Shown here piece after piece: positions 1 through 13,200 of a stretch of DNA of 64,000 nucleotides. How positions within the stretch are numbered: position 1 is the first letter of the stretch; each line of letters opens with the position of its first letter. A program made the position numbers and the translations under genes. Source of the DNA: Eledone cirrhosa (Eukaryota); NCBI GenBank assembly GCA_964016885.1, contig OZ024744.1, positions 92,442,001 through 92,506,000 on the forward strand. Reading direction: 5' to 3'. Below the pieces are notes generated by a model, which worked only from the letters and a program-made list of their open reading frames with translations, searched no databases and was not told the origin of the DNA.

Positions 1-49
<49 letters not shown>

Positions 50-108
50 GCATATATATATATTAATTTGAATTATTGTTGAATTATATATACATATATA
101 TACGATAT

Positions 109-189
<81 letters not shown>

Positions 190-221
190 GCATATATATA
201 TATTAATTTGAATTATTGTTG
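1..221. repeat. (TA)n microsatellite with a local duplication
   Basis: Long TA runs; the motif tatatgcatatatatatattaatttgaattattgttg occurs twice (~45-81 and ~185-221). Confidence 0.9.
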
Positions 222-339
222 CTCTGGACAAAAATCCATAGAGCTTTTCTATTGAGAACCACATATATCAAACATAATTGATATGTTTTGATGCCCAAAA
301 TTTGTATATATATATTTATATATACAACATCTATCTTTT

Positions 340-462
340 ATGCTAGCATGAGTTAGACGGGTTTGTCCCATTTAGAGGCAAGTTCGGTCGAGTGATTGTG
401 TCTCGCTCATATAAGACTGTTCCTGGCTGGTTTTCTATGGGTGGATGCCCTTCCTAGTGCCA
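340..462 (-). mobile_element. 3' UTR fragment of the RTE-type LINE family
   Basis: Reverse complement matches the LINE tail at 6830-6960 (aagggcatcca...tagaaa; ggacaa.ccgtctaac.catgctagca). Confidence 0.7.
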
Positions 463-714
463 GAATGATCTTCCAAATATATATATATATATAATATAAT
501 AAATAAGGGAGACAATTTTATGTTTTATTTCTACATCTTCATTTTATTACATAATTCTATTATACTTATTTCAAAAATCTCAGAGTCGTTATATAATATC
601 CCCCTGGCATGCTTTCATCAGATAGTGCAAGATGTATTTTCCTATCTATTGATTTGTTACTGGTCTCTCGTGGCATTTACATCGCTGACCAGCTGAATAA
701 TATATATATATGTA

Positions 715-1690
715 CAAACCAAGCCATACAAAATGGGGTCATTCCGAAGGAATGGCGTAGCAGTATTATCATTAACTGCTACAAAGGTAAAGTAGATGCC
801 CTAGATAGGGGTAACTATAGAGGCATTAAATTAATCGACCAGGTCATGAAGGTCACAGAAAAAGTAATAACGCAACTAATCAGAGAGCGAATTGATCTAG
901 ATGAAATGCAGTGGGTTTGTGTCAGGTAAAAGTACCACAGACGCTCTTTTCATTGTACGACAACTACAGGAGAAGTACCTAGCTAAAAGTAAACCCCTAT
1001 ATTTAGCTTTGGTTGACTTGGAGAAAGCCTTTGACAGAGTCCCCCCCTCCATTATCTGGTGGGCTCTTAGAAAACTAGGTGTTGATGAATGGTTTGTGAG
1101 AGCTATACAAGCCATGTATAAAGAAACAGTCAGCAAGGTTAGAATTAACAACGAATATAGTGAAGAGTTTAGCGTAAAATTTGGTGTTCATCAGGGCTCC
1201 GTTCTTAGCCCCCTACTATTTATAATTGCCCTTCAGGCTATAACAGAGGAGTTCAAGACCGGCTGCCCATGGGAACTCCTATATGCAGATGATCTAACGC
1301 TCATAGCTGAATCAATGGCTGAACTAGAGAAGAAATTTCAAAAATGGAAGCATGGCCTAGAATCAAAAGGCCTTAAAATTAACCTGTCTAAGACTAATGT
1401 TCTTGTTTGTAGGAAGGAAAATAGGGCACCGGTCCCATCTGCGAAATGGCCATGCTCAGTGTGTAGGAAAGGAGTAGGCAGAAACTCCATTTTATGTTCA
1501 AAATGCAAAGTATGGGTGCATAAAAGATGTAGTGGGATCACAGGTAAGCTAACTAAGAATATAGATTTTATATGTGGCTGGTGCTCAGGTGCAATAAGTA
1601 GCAGCAAGTGCCCACAGAATACTAGCTCATTCCATTGCACAGATGGTTCTATAGAAATAGTGGACACCTTCCGTTACCTGGGTGACAAAA
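715..1690 (+). pseudogene. Non-LTR retrotransposon (RTE-like) reverse transcriptase fragment with a PHD-like Cys/His insert
   Basis: NYRGIKL, GF..GKSTTDA, VDLEKAFDRV, GVHQGSVLSPLLF, LLYADDL and FRYLG motifs. Frameshift near 912 joins the 609..929 and 901..1761 ORFs. CSVC...CSKC..WVHKRC...CGWC follows the RT core. Confidence 0.92.
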
Positions 1691-1700
1691 TCATATATAC

Positions 1701-1859
1701 AATGGACTTCCACACAGTTTGTGTCTACCAAATTTCACTGATGCAGTATTGGTTAACCTAAAGCTATAGTAGATGATATGTGCACAAGGAATTGTGCAAT
1801 GGGACTGAACCCTATCCTATGAAGTTGCAAAGTGAACTCTTTAACCACAGAACCATGCC
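1701..1859 (-). mobile_element. tRNA-derived SINE (family A), degenerate
   Basis: Minus strand starts ggcatggttctgtggttaaag (A-box-like), then gggttcagtccc (B-box-like) and body aaatttggtagac..aaactg; related copy at 61200-61295. Confidence 0.7.
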
Positions 1860-1935
1860 ATATATATACATATAAACATATAGACACAATAAAATTCTGC
1901 GAGACTACAACTCCATAAATGATTCAATAACATTA

Positions 1936-2326
1936 TACCGTCGGGTCCCAAATAATAGGGGTTGGGGTGGAAGAAGCGGGGTGTGGTATGTTAGTGGAAT
2001 ATTGGTAATTTTTCTAGGTTGTCTCTGTTGATTTTTTTTTAAAACCAGAATTAGTCGTTTAGTTTACATTTTGAGACTCCAACCCATCCTATTTATTTTA
2101 TAATGTACGAGATTTCTAGTAATGTATTTGTTTTTTAATGCATAAAGAAAATTAATTGTCGCAGGAATGCTACCACTTAAAATAAAATTTCACTGGAGAT
2201 AGATTAGCAAAATTTAATAAGCGGGAAATTGGAAGAGGGTCAGAAGAGGGGGGGGGGGGGGAGAAGGGTTATCTGAAAAATTAATAAGAGGAGTGGAAAC
2301 AATTATTCGAGACCTGGGAGAGAGTA
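1936..2326. mobile_element. Possible degenerate TA-flanked MITE (Tc1/pogo-like)
   Basis: Imperfect inverted ends: ta-ccgtcgggtcccaaataata versus aattattcgagacctgggagagag-ta. Confidence 0.3.
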
Positions 2327-2499
2327 AATGTAGAAAGTGTGTGTATTCATTTTAAAATATTACCTGTCATTTATGCGACAGGTAATTTAAAAAAATATAC
2401 CTTTGATATTGTAGGTAATCTCAGGTAATGTTACACAGGTAAAATAATTACAATTTTGTGGGGTCTTCAAAAATCCCATGGTGATTATACAAAATAATG

Positions 2500-2602
2500 G
2501 TTTCTGATTTCGGTACAAGACTAACTATTTTGGAGGGAGGGGAAAGTTGATTAAATCAACCCCAGTGTATTACTGATACTTTATTTTATAGACCCTGTAA
2601 GG
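2500..2602 (-). mobile_element. SINE family B fragment
   Basis: Same body as 47920-48020 (ggaaagttgattaaat...cccagtgt.ttactg.tacttta...accctgtaa). Confidence 0.7.
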
Positions 2603-3150
2603 TCCATGCACATCCTATATCTAAACCAATGCAGTCTTCTCTCCTGCACACCACCTTAGATTCCTCTTAAACCCAACTTCTCCCTCAATTCATCCAAGCT
2701 CTGCCTTTCTCTCACAATTACATTACATATCCAACAGAACATGGTTGCTTCATCTCTCTCCAGTCTATGAATGTCCTCCACAGTCACTGCTCATGTTTCA
2801 CAACCATGCAGCATTGCACTTCGTCATCAAACATCATACAGTTGTCCTTTTTTTATGTAGAGAAATCTTTTTCTGGTTAACAGTAGGAGTAGCTCTCTAA
2901 ACTTTTCCCATCCTATCCTTTTTTAGTTATTATGCTCTCAAAGCACCCTCCTCCATGGCTAATTAGGTCACTTAGATAGTAGAAGCTATCAACCACTTCT
3001 GTGAATTCTTCCTGTGACTGGGATACGTTTACATCACTGACTCTCTTACCTTCGGTTACTCCTGTGAATCTCCCACGTACAAAGTCTTTCTTTCTTGTTA
3101 GTCTACATGTTATCCCACTATATCTCTTGTGTACTCAAGATATATATCTT
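2603..3150 (-). pseudogene. Inverted, decayed C-terminal part of the RTE-like LINE ORF
   Basis: Minus strand translates to VHKRYSGITCRLT... and ...ELREKLGLRGI*..VQERRLHWF, homologous to 5980-6510. Confidence 0.75.
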
Positions 3151-4635
3151 TGGCCTTATGCCATCATATAGAAGACCCGCCTTCCCATGTGCACAGACTG
3201 AAACATACATCTAGTAGGAACCTCTTAACTACGAAACACCTCTTCCTTATACCTCCCATGCCCCTACACCCACTCATTTACTTCTGTTCACACCACCCTT
3301 ACACTGTAAAGTGGTTGTGTAGATGACACAACAAAAAGCACCCAACCCACACTGTAAAGTGGTTGTGTAGGTGTCACAACAAAAAAGCGCACCACACACT
3401 GTAAAGTGGTTGTGTAGGTGACACAACAAAAAGCACCCAGCACACAGTGTAAAGTGGTTGTGTAGGTGTCACAATAAAAAGCACCCAGCACACACTGTAA
3501 AGTGGTTGTGTAGATGACACAACAAAAAGCACCCAACCCACACTGTAAAGTGGTTGTGTAGGTGTCACAATAAAAAGCACCCAACACACACTGTAAAGTG
3601 GTTGTGTAGGTGTCACAACAAAAAAGCGCACCACACACTGTAAAGTGGTTGTGTAGGTGACACAACAAAAAGCACCCAGCACACAGTGTAAAGTGGTTGT
3701 GTAGGTGTCACAATAAAAAGCACCCAGCACACACTGTAAAGTGGTTGTGTAGATGACACAACAAAAAGCACCCAACCCACACTGTAAAGTGGTTGTGTAG
3801 GTGTCACAATAAAAAGCACCCAACACACACTGTAAAGTGGTTGTGTAGGTGTCACAACAAAAAAGCGCACCACACACTGTAAAGTGGTTGTGTAGGTGAC
3901 ACAACAAAAAGCACCCAGCACACAGTGTAAAGTGGTTGTGTAGGTGTCACAATAAAAAGCACCCAGCACACACTGTAAAGTGGTTGTGTAGATGACACAA
4001 CAAAAAGCACCCAACCCACACTGTAAAGTGGTTGTGTAGGTGTCACAATAAAAAGCACCCAACACACACTGTAAAGTGGTTGTGTAGGTGTCACAACAAA
4101 AAAGCGCACCACACACTGTAAAGTGGTTGTGTAGGTGACACAACAAAAAGCACCCAGCACACAGTGTAAAGTGGTTGTGTAGGTGTCACAATAAAAAGCA
4201 CCCAGCACACACTGTAAAGTGGTTGTGTAGATGACACAACAAAAAGCACCCAACCCACACTGTAAAGTGGTTGTGTAGGTGTCACAATAAAAAGCACCCA
4301 ACACACACTGTAAAGTGGTTGTGTAGGTGTCACAACAAAAAAGCGCACCACACACTGTAAAGTGGTTGTGTAGGTGACACAACAAAAAGCACCCAACCCA
4401 CACTGTAAAGTGGTCGTGTAGGTGTCACAACAAAAAAGCACGCAGCACTCACTGGGTTAGGTAGGGTATCCAGCAGTAGAAACCAAGCCAGTTCTATATG
4501 AGTAAGACACGGTCACCTGACCCAACTTGCCTCAACCGGAACAAACCGTTGAACCCATGCTAGTGTGAAAAATGGACATTATACAATGTTGATGCTGCTG
4601 CTGCTACTGCTGCTGCTGCTGATGATGATGATGAT
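3151..4635 (+). mobile_element. Sense-strand 3' end of the RTE-like LINE, including the expanded UTR repeat and (GAT)n tail
   Basis: tggccttatgccatcatatagaagacccgcc resembles the ORF end at 6638-6672. The 3' end agggtatccagcagtagaaac...aacccatgctag...(gat)n matches 6845-6992. Confidence 0.7.
3300..4440. repeat. ~40-bp minisatellite (~28 monomers) organised as a 239-bp six-monomer higher-order repeat
   Basis: Monomer cacactgtaaagtggttgtgtag(g/a)tg(t/a)cacaa(c/t)aaaaagcaccca..; identical ORF starts at 3668, 3907 and 4146 show the 239-bp period. Confidence 0.95.
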
Positions 4636-4805
4636 ATATATACATCAACAAACATAGCCGTTTTACATAGATACATATATATCAACCTTTTAAACCATCT
4701 AAAATTATCTATTTCATTAGGTCAAGGTATCACTAAGGTTGGCCAAAACAGTTAAATTAAAACAGTTCAGATGTAAACAATGTATGTGTAAGTTTATTTT
4801 AAATC

Positions 4806-5418
4806 TTTTTTTATTTTTTATTTTTTATTTTTTATTTTTTATTTTTTATTTTTTATTTTTTATTTTTTATTTTTTATCTTTTATCTTTTATCTTTTATCT
4901 TTTATCTTTTATTTTTTATTTTTTATTTTTTATTTTTTATTTTTTATTTTTTATTTTTTATTTTTTATTTTTTATTTTTTATTTTTTATTTTTTATTTTT
5001 TATTTTTTATTTTTTATTTTTTATTTTTTATTTTTTATTTATTTTTTATTTTTTATTTTTTATTTTTTATTTTTTATTTTTTATTTTTTATTTTTTATTT
5101 TTTATTTTTTATTTTTTATTTTTTATTTTTTATTTTTTATTTTTTATTTTTTATTTTTTATTTTTTATTTTTTATTTTTTATTTTTTATTTTTTATTTTT
5201 TATTTTTTATTTTTTATTTTTTATTTTTTATTTTTTATTTTTTATTTTTTATTTTTTATTTTTTATTTTTTATTTTTTATTTTTTATTTTTTATTTTTTA
5301 TTTTTTATTTTTTATTTTTTATTTTTTATTTTTTATTTTTTATTTTTTATTTTTTATTTTTTATTTTTTATTTTTTATTTTTTATTTTTTATTTTTTATT
5401 TTTTATTTTTTATTTTTT
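4806..5418. repeat. (TTTTTTA)n heptanucleotide microsatellite, ~610 bp
   Basis: Near-perfect 7-mer array; explains the FIFYFLF ORF. Confidence 0.97.
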
Positions 5419-5579
5419 GTTTAACCCTTTTATTTAACCCCTTTAATTTTTGTTTAACCCACTACTAGGAGCTCAACTGCAAACCTGTTGGAGAGCAACA
5501 TTAGTAAGTTCTCTATTAGTTTGATTCATTTGACGAATTAAATACAGTCAGCCTAATTAAAATGGTAGTGTTAGTGCTA

Positions 5580-5753
5580 ATACACCCAATACACTCAGAG
5601 GAGTTGTTGACATAAAGAATGACAACCAGCTGTAGAAATCATGTGCTAAAATAGAACATGAGACATGCCTAATCTCAGAGTGTGACAACTCATCCAACCC
5701 AGGGTAACATGGGAATCAAACTTACTTAAAACAGTGATGATGATGATAATGAT
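5580..5753 (+). mobile_element. Degenerate LINE 3' tail with (GAT)n
   Basis: ccagctgtagaaatc...gacaactcatccaaccca...aaaacagtgatgatgat, similar to 6850-6992. Confidence 0.6.
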
Positions 5754-5769
5754 ATATATATATATATAT

Positions 5770-6989
5770 GAATCTATGGTAGAACTAGAGAACAAATTCC
5801 AAATATGGAAGCAGGGACTAGAAAGAAAGGGTCTCACAAGTCAACCTGACAAAGACTAAGGTCCTTGTAAGTAGACAAGAAAACGGAATCCAGATCCCCT
5901 CAGGGGAATGGCCTTGCTCAGTATGTAGGAAAGGTGTAGGTAGGAACTCCATCCTCTGCCCCAAATGCAAACAATGGGTACACTAGAAATGAAGTGGGAT
6001 CTCAGGAAGCTTAACTAAGAATGTAGGCTTCACATGTAGTAGCTACGCTTGGACAGCAACCAGCACACAGCCACAGGAAACAGGCACCACCAAACTCTGG
6101 TAGGGCTCTGTAGAAACAGTAGGCAGCTTCTGCTACCTAGGTGACTGAATTAGCAGTGGAGGTGGGTGGGTGGAAAGTACAATAACTAAGGTAAGAATGG
6201 GATGGAAGAAGTTCAGGGAGCTACTGCCACTGCTAGCTGCAAAAGGCTTTTCCCTCAAAATGAAAGGCAGACTGTATGATGCGTGTATACGAACAGCAAT
6301 GTTACATGCTAGTGAGATCTGGACGCTGTCTGTAGAAGACATGTGTAGATTAGAAAGAAACGAAGCCTGCATGCTTTGATGGATGTGTAATAGTAATATA
6401 CGCGAACAGCAAAGCATAAACAAATTGAGAGAGAGGCTGAGCGTAAGAGTAATCAAATGCTGTGTGCAGGACAGTAGGTTGCGTTGGTATGGACATGTGA
6501 TGCATATGATGGATGACAGCTGCATAAAAAGGTGCAGAGCACTAGAAGTCGATGGAAGCCGCCGAGTGGGGAGATCCAAGAAGACCTAGGATGAGAGGAT
6601 AAAAGCCGACCTTGCCAATGAAACACGACCGTGACCTCTGGCAGCATGCAGTATTAAAGAAGACTCGACCCTCCACGGGTACAAACCAAAGCTGAAGCAT
6701 ATAGACAATATGCCCCCTCCCACTGCAAAGTGGTCGTGGAGGTGCCACGGCAAAAAAACACACAGCCCACACTGTAAAGTGGTCGTGTAGGCGCCACGGA
6801 AAAAAAGCACCCAGCACTCATTGTAAATGAGGTTGGTGTTAGCAAGGGCATCCAGCTGTAGAAATCAAGCCTAAATCAGTTCCTGTATGAGCAATACAAG
6901 GTCAGCCGACTGGACACTGCTCATAACAGGACAACCCGTCTAACCCATGCTAGCATGGAAGAACGGACGTAAAACGGTGATGATGATGA

Positions 6990-6992
<3 letters not shown>
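5770..6992 (+). pseudogene. 5'-truncated RTE-like LINE with C-terminal ORF remnant, 3' UTR and (GAT)n tail
   Basis: ESMVELENKFQIWKQGLE, WPCSVCRKGVGRNSILC, GWKKFRELLPLL and RLRWYGHV, with stops and frameshifts. UTR has 2-3 copies of the 40-bp unit (6720-6830). Confidence 0.9.
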
Positions 6993-7058
<66 letters not shown>

Positions 7059-7096
7059 TGTTGTCTGATGCTCTACCGTTACTGGCACAATAAAAA

Positions 7097-7281
7097 TTGT
7101 TTCTACTTTTGGCACAAGGCCAGCAATTACCCAGTGCATTACTGGTACTTTATTTTATCGACTCCGTAAGGATGAAGGGCAAAGTTAACCTCGGCGGGAT
7201 TTGAACTCAGAATGGCAAGGACCGTAACTCTATGCTGCAAAGCATGGCGTCCGACCCTCTACCAATACTGCCAATCTACCA
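7097..7281 (-). mobile_element. tRNA-derived SINE (family B), near full length; its head is the first satellite monomer
   Basis: Reverse complement aligns along the + copy at 48611-48800; B-box-like GAGTTCAAATCC at 7208-7197. Confidence 0.85.
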
Positions 7282-10200
7282 CTGCCAATGTACCATTGCA
7301 ATCTACTACTGCCAATCTACTATGGCCAATCTACTACTGCCAATCTACTACTGCCAATCTACGACTGCCAATCAACTACTGCCAATCTACCACTGCCAAT
7401 CTACTACTGCCAATCTACTACTGCCAATCTACTACTGCCAATCTACTACTGCCAATCTACCACTGCCAATCTACCACTGCCAATCTACCACTGCAATCTA
7501 CTACTGCCAATATACTATGGCCAATCAACCACTGCCAATCTACCACTGCCAACTACTACTGCCAATCTGCTATTCACAATCTACCACTGTCGATCTACTA
7601 CTGCCAGTCAAATACTGCCAATCTACCACTGCAAATCTACTATAGCCAATCTACTACTGCCAATATACTACTGCCAATCTACTACTGCCAATCAACTACT
7701 GCCAATACAATATTGCCAATCAACTACTGCAAAGCTACCACGGCCAATCTGCCACAGCCAATCTGATACTGCCAACCTAATACTGCCAATCAACTACTGC
7801 CAATCTACCACTGCCAATCTACTACAGCCAATCTACTACTGACAATCAACTGATGCCAAACTACGACTGCCAATCTACCACTTCCAATCTACTACTGCCC
7901 TTCTACTATGCCAATCTACTACTTGCAATCTAACACTGCCAATCTACTACTGCCAATCTGCCACTGCCAATCTACCACTGCCAATCTACAACTGCCAATC
8001 TACTACTGCCAATCTACTACTGCCAATCTACTACTGCCAATCTACTACTGCTAATCTACCACTGCCAATCTATTACAGATAATCTACTACAGCCAATCTA
8101 CTACTGACAATCTACTAATGCCAATCTACTACTGCCAATCTACCACTGCCAATCTGCCACTGCCATTCTACCACCGCCTATCTACAACTGCCATTCTACT
8201 ACTGCCAATCTACTTCTGACAAGTTACTACTGCCAATCTACTACTACCAACCTACCACTACCAATCTATTACAGACAATCTACTACTGCCAATCTACTAC
8301 TGCCAAGCTACATCTGCCAATCTACCACTGCCAATCTACTACTGCCAATCAACTACTGTCTATCTACCACTGCCAATCGGCCACTGCAAATCTGCTACTG
8401 CCAATCTACTATTGCCAATCTACTATAGCCAATCTACCACTGCTAATCTACGACTGCCAATCTAGCACTTCCAATCTACCACTGCTAATCTACTACTGCC
8501 CTTCTACTACGGCCAATCTACTACTACCAATCTACCACTGCCAATCTATTACAGACAATCTACTACTGCCAATCTACTGCTGCCAAGCTACCACTGCCAA
8601 TCTACCACTGCCAATCTACTACTGCCAACCAACTACTGCCAAGCTACCACTGCCACTCTACTACTGCCAATCAACTACTGCCAATCAACTACTGCCAATC
8701 TACCACTGCCAATCTACTACAGCCAATCTACTACTGCCAATCTACTACTGCCAATCTACTACTGCCAATCCACTACTGCCAATCAACTAATGCCAACCTA
8801 CGACTGCCAATCTACCACTTCCAATCTACTACTGCCCTTCTACTATGCCAATCTACTACTGCAAATCTACCACTGCAAATCTACTACTGCCAATCTGCCA
8901 CTGCCAATCTACCACCGCCAATCTACAACTGCCAATATACTACTGCCAATATACTACTGCCAATCTACTACTGCTAATCTACCACTGCCAATCTATTACA
9001 AACAATCTACTACAACCAATCTACTACTGCCAATCTACTACAGCCAATCTACAACTGCCAATCTACTACTGCCAATCTACTTCTGTCAATTTACTACTGC
9101 CAATCTACTACAACCAATCTACCTCTGCCAATCAATTACAGACAATCTACTACTGCCAATCTAGTACTGCCAAGCTACCACTGCCAATCTACCACTGCAA
9201 ATCTACTACTGCCAATCAACTACTACCTATCTACCACTGCCAATCTGCCACTGCCAATCTGCTACTGCCAATCTACTACAGCCACTCTACTACTGCTAAT
9301 CTACTAATGCCAAGCCACCACTACCAATCTACTACTGCCAATCTACTACTGCCAATCAACTACTGCCTATCTAAAACTGCCAATCTACCACTGCCAATCT
9401 GCTACTGCCAATCTAGTACAGCCAATCAACTACTGCCAATCTACCACTGCCAATCTACTACAGCCAAGCTACTACTGCCAATCTTCTACAGCCAATCTAC
9501 CACTGCTAATCTACCACTGCCAATCTACCACTGCCAATCTACTATTGCCAATCTACTACTGCCAATCTACTACTGCCAATCTACCACTGCTAATCTACTA
9601 CAACCCTTCTACTACGGCCAATCTACTACGGCCAATCTACTACTGCCAATCTACCACAGCCAATCTACCACTGTCAATCTGGTACTGCCAATCCGCTACT
9701 GCCAATCTACCACTGCCAATCTACAACTACCAATCTAATACTGCCAATCTACTTCTGCCAATCTACTACTGCCAATCTACTACTGCCAATCTACCACTGC
9801 CAATCTACTACAGCCACTCTACTACTGCTAATCTACTAATGCCAAGCCACCACTACCAATCTACTACTGCCAATCAACTACTGCCTATCTAAAACTGCCA
9901 ATCTACCACTGCCAATCTGCTACAGCCAACCTACTACTGCCAATCAACTACTGCAATCTACCACTGTCAATCTACTACAGCCATCTACCACTGCCAATCT
10001 ACTACTGCGAATCTACTATTGCCTGTCTACTACTGCCAATCTACCACTGCCAATCTACTACTGCCAATCTACCACTGGCAATCTACTACTGCCAATCTAT
10101 TACAGCCAATCTATTACTGCCAATCTACCACTGACAGCCAATCTACCACTGACAATCTACAACTGCTAATCTACAACTGCCAATCTACCACTGCCAATCT

Positions 10201-13200
10201 ACCACTGCCAATCTACTACTGCCAATCTGCTACTGCCAATCTACCCCTGCCAATCTAGAACTGCCAATCTACTACTGCCAATCTACTTATGACAATCTAC
10301 TACTGCCAATCTACTACTGCCAATATTCCACTGCAAATCTAATACAGCCAATCTACTACTGCCAATCTGCTACTGCCAATCTACCCCTGCCAATCTACAA
10401 CTGCCAATCTACTACTGCCAATCTACTTATGCCAATCTACTACTGCCAATATTCCACTGCAAATCTACTACAGCCAATCTACTACTGCCAACGTACTACT
10501 GCCAATCTACCACTGCATATCTATTACTGCCTATCTACTACTGCCAATCTACCACTGTCAATCTGGTACTGCCAATCCGCTACTGCCAATCTACCACTAG
10601 CAATCTAAAACTGCAAATCTACTACTGCAAATCTACTTCTGCCAAACTACTACTGCCAATCTACTACTGCCAATCTACCACTGCCAATCTACTACAGCCA
10701 CTCTACTACTGCCAATCTACTACAGCCAAGCTACCATTGCCAATCTACTACTGCCAATCTACTACTGCCAATCAACTACTGCCTATCTATCACTGCCAAT
10801 CTACCACTGCCAATATGCCACTGCCAACCTACTGCTGCCAATCAACTACTGCCAATTTACCACTGCCAATCTACTACAGCCAATCTGCCACTGCCAATCT
10901 ACTACTGCCAATCTACTATTGCCAATCTACTACTGCCAATCTACCAGCGCGAATCTACAACTCCCAATATACTACTGCCAATATACTACTGCCAATCTAC
11001 TACTGCTAATCTACCACTGCCAATCTATTACAAACAATCTACTACAACCAATCTACTACTGCAAATCTACTACTGCCAATCTACCACTGCCAATCTGCCA
11101 CTGCCATTCTACCACTGCCAATCTACAACTGCCAATCTACTACTGCCAATCTACTTCTGTCAATTTACTACTGCCAATCTACTACAACCAATCTACCTCT
11201 GCCAATCTATTACAGACAATCTACTACTGCCAATCTACTACTGCCAGCTACCACTGCCAATCTACCACTTCCAATCTACTACTGCCAATCAACTACTACC
11301 TATCTACCACTGCCAATCTGCCACTGCCAATCTGCTACTGCCAATCTAGTACAGCCAATCTACCACTGCTAATCTATCACTGCCAACCTACCACTGCCAA
11401 TCTACTACGGCCAATCTACTACTGCCAATCTACCACAGCCAATCTACCACTGTCAATCTGGTACTGCCAATCCGCTACTGCCAATCTACCACTGCCAATC
11501 TACAACTACCAATCTACTACTGCCAATCTACTTCTGCCAATCTACTACTGCCAATCTACTACTGCCAATCTACCACTGCCAATCTACTACAGCCACTCTA
11601 CTACTGCTAATCTACTAATGCCAAGCCACGACTACCAATCTACTACTGCCAATCTACTACTGCCAATCAACTACTGCCTATCTAAAACTGCCAATCTACA
11701 ACAGCCAATCTACTACTGCCAATCTACTTATGCCAATCTACTACTGCCAATCTACTACTGCCAATATTCCACTGCAAATCTACTACAGCCAATCTACTAC
11801 TGCCAATGTACCACTGCCAATCTACCACTTCATATCTATTACTGCCTATCTACTACTGCCAATCTACCACTGTCAATCTGGTACTGCCAATCCGCTCCTG
11901 CCAATCTACCACTACCAATCTACAACTGCAAATCTACTACTGCAAATCTACTTCTGCCAAACTACTACTGCCAATCTACTACTGCCAATCTACCACTGCC
12001 AATCTACTACAGCCACTCTACTACTGCCAATCTACTACAGCCAAGCTACCACTGCCAATCTACTACTGCCAATCTACTACTGCCAATCAACTACTGCCTA
12101 TCTATCACTGCCAATCTACCACTGCCAATATGCAACTGCCAACCTACTGCTGCCAATCAACTACTGCCAATCTACCACTGCCAATCTACTACAGCCAATC
12201 TACCACTGCCAATCTACTACTGCCAATCTACTATTGCCAATCTACTACTGCCAATCTACCACCGCGAATCTACAACTGCCAATATACTACTGCCAATATA
12301 ATACTGCCAATCTACTACTGCTAATCTACCACTGCCAATCTATTACAAACAATCTACTACAACCAATCTACTACTGCCAATCTACTACTGCCAATCTACC
12401 ACTGCCAATCTGCCACTGCCATTCTACCACTGCCAATCTACAACTGCCAATCTACTACTGCCAATCTACCTCTGTCAATTTACTACTGCCAATCTACTAC
12501 AACCAATCTACCTCTGCCAATCTATTACAGACAATCTACTACTGCCAATCTACTACTGCCAAGCTACCACTGCCAATCTACCACTGCCAAAGTACTACTG
12601 CCAATCAACTACTACCTATCTACCACTGCCAATATGCCACTGCCAATCTGCTACTGCCAATCTAGTACAGCCAATCTACCACTGCTAATCTATCACTGCC
12701 AACGTACTACTGCCAATCTACTACGGCCAATCTACTACTGCCAATGTACCACAGCCAATCTACCACTGTCAATCTGGTACTGCCAATCCGCTACTGCCAA
12801 TCTACCACTGCCAATCTACAACTACCAATCTACTACTGCCAATCTACTTCTGCCAATCTACTACTGCCAATCTACTACTGCCAATCAACCACTGCCAATC
12901 TACTACAGCCACTCTACTGCTGCTAATCTACTAATGCCAAGCCACGACTACCAATCTACTACTGCCAATCTACTACTGCCAATCAACTACTGCCTATCTA
13001 AAACTGCCAATCTACAACAGCCAATCTGCTACTGCCAACCTACTACTGCCAATCAACTACTGCAAACTACCACTGTCAATCTACTACAGCCATCTACCAC
13101 TGCCAATCTACTACTGCGAATCTACTATTGCCTGTCTACTACTGCCAATCTACCACTGCCAATCTACTACTGCCCATCTACCACTGTCAATCTACTACTG

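Noticed and set aside
897-1667. Minus-strand ORFs of 84 and 109 aa
   Set aside because: Antisense shadows of the LINE RT frame.
3300-4440. CRISPR-like array
   Set aside because: No unique spacers, no cas genes, eukaryotic TE context; the unit derives from a LINE UTR.
4739-5437. 232-aa hydrophobic membrane protein
   Set aside because: Translation of a 7-bp microsatellite.
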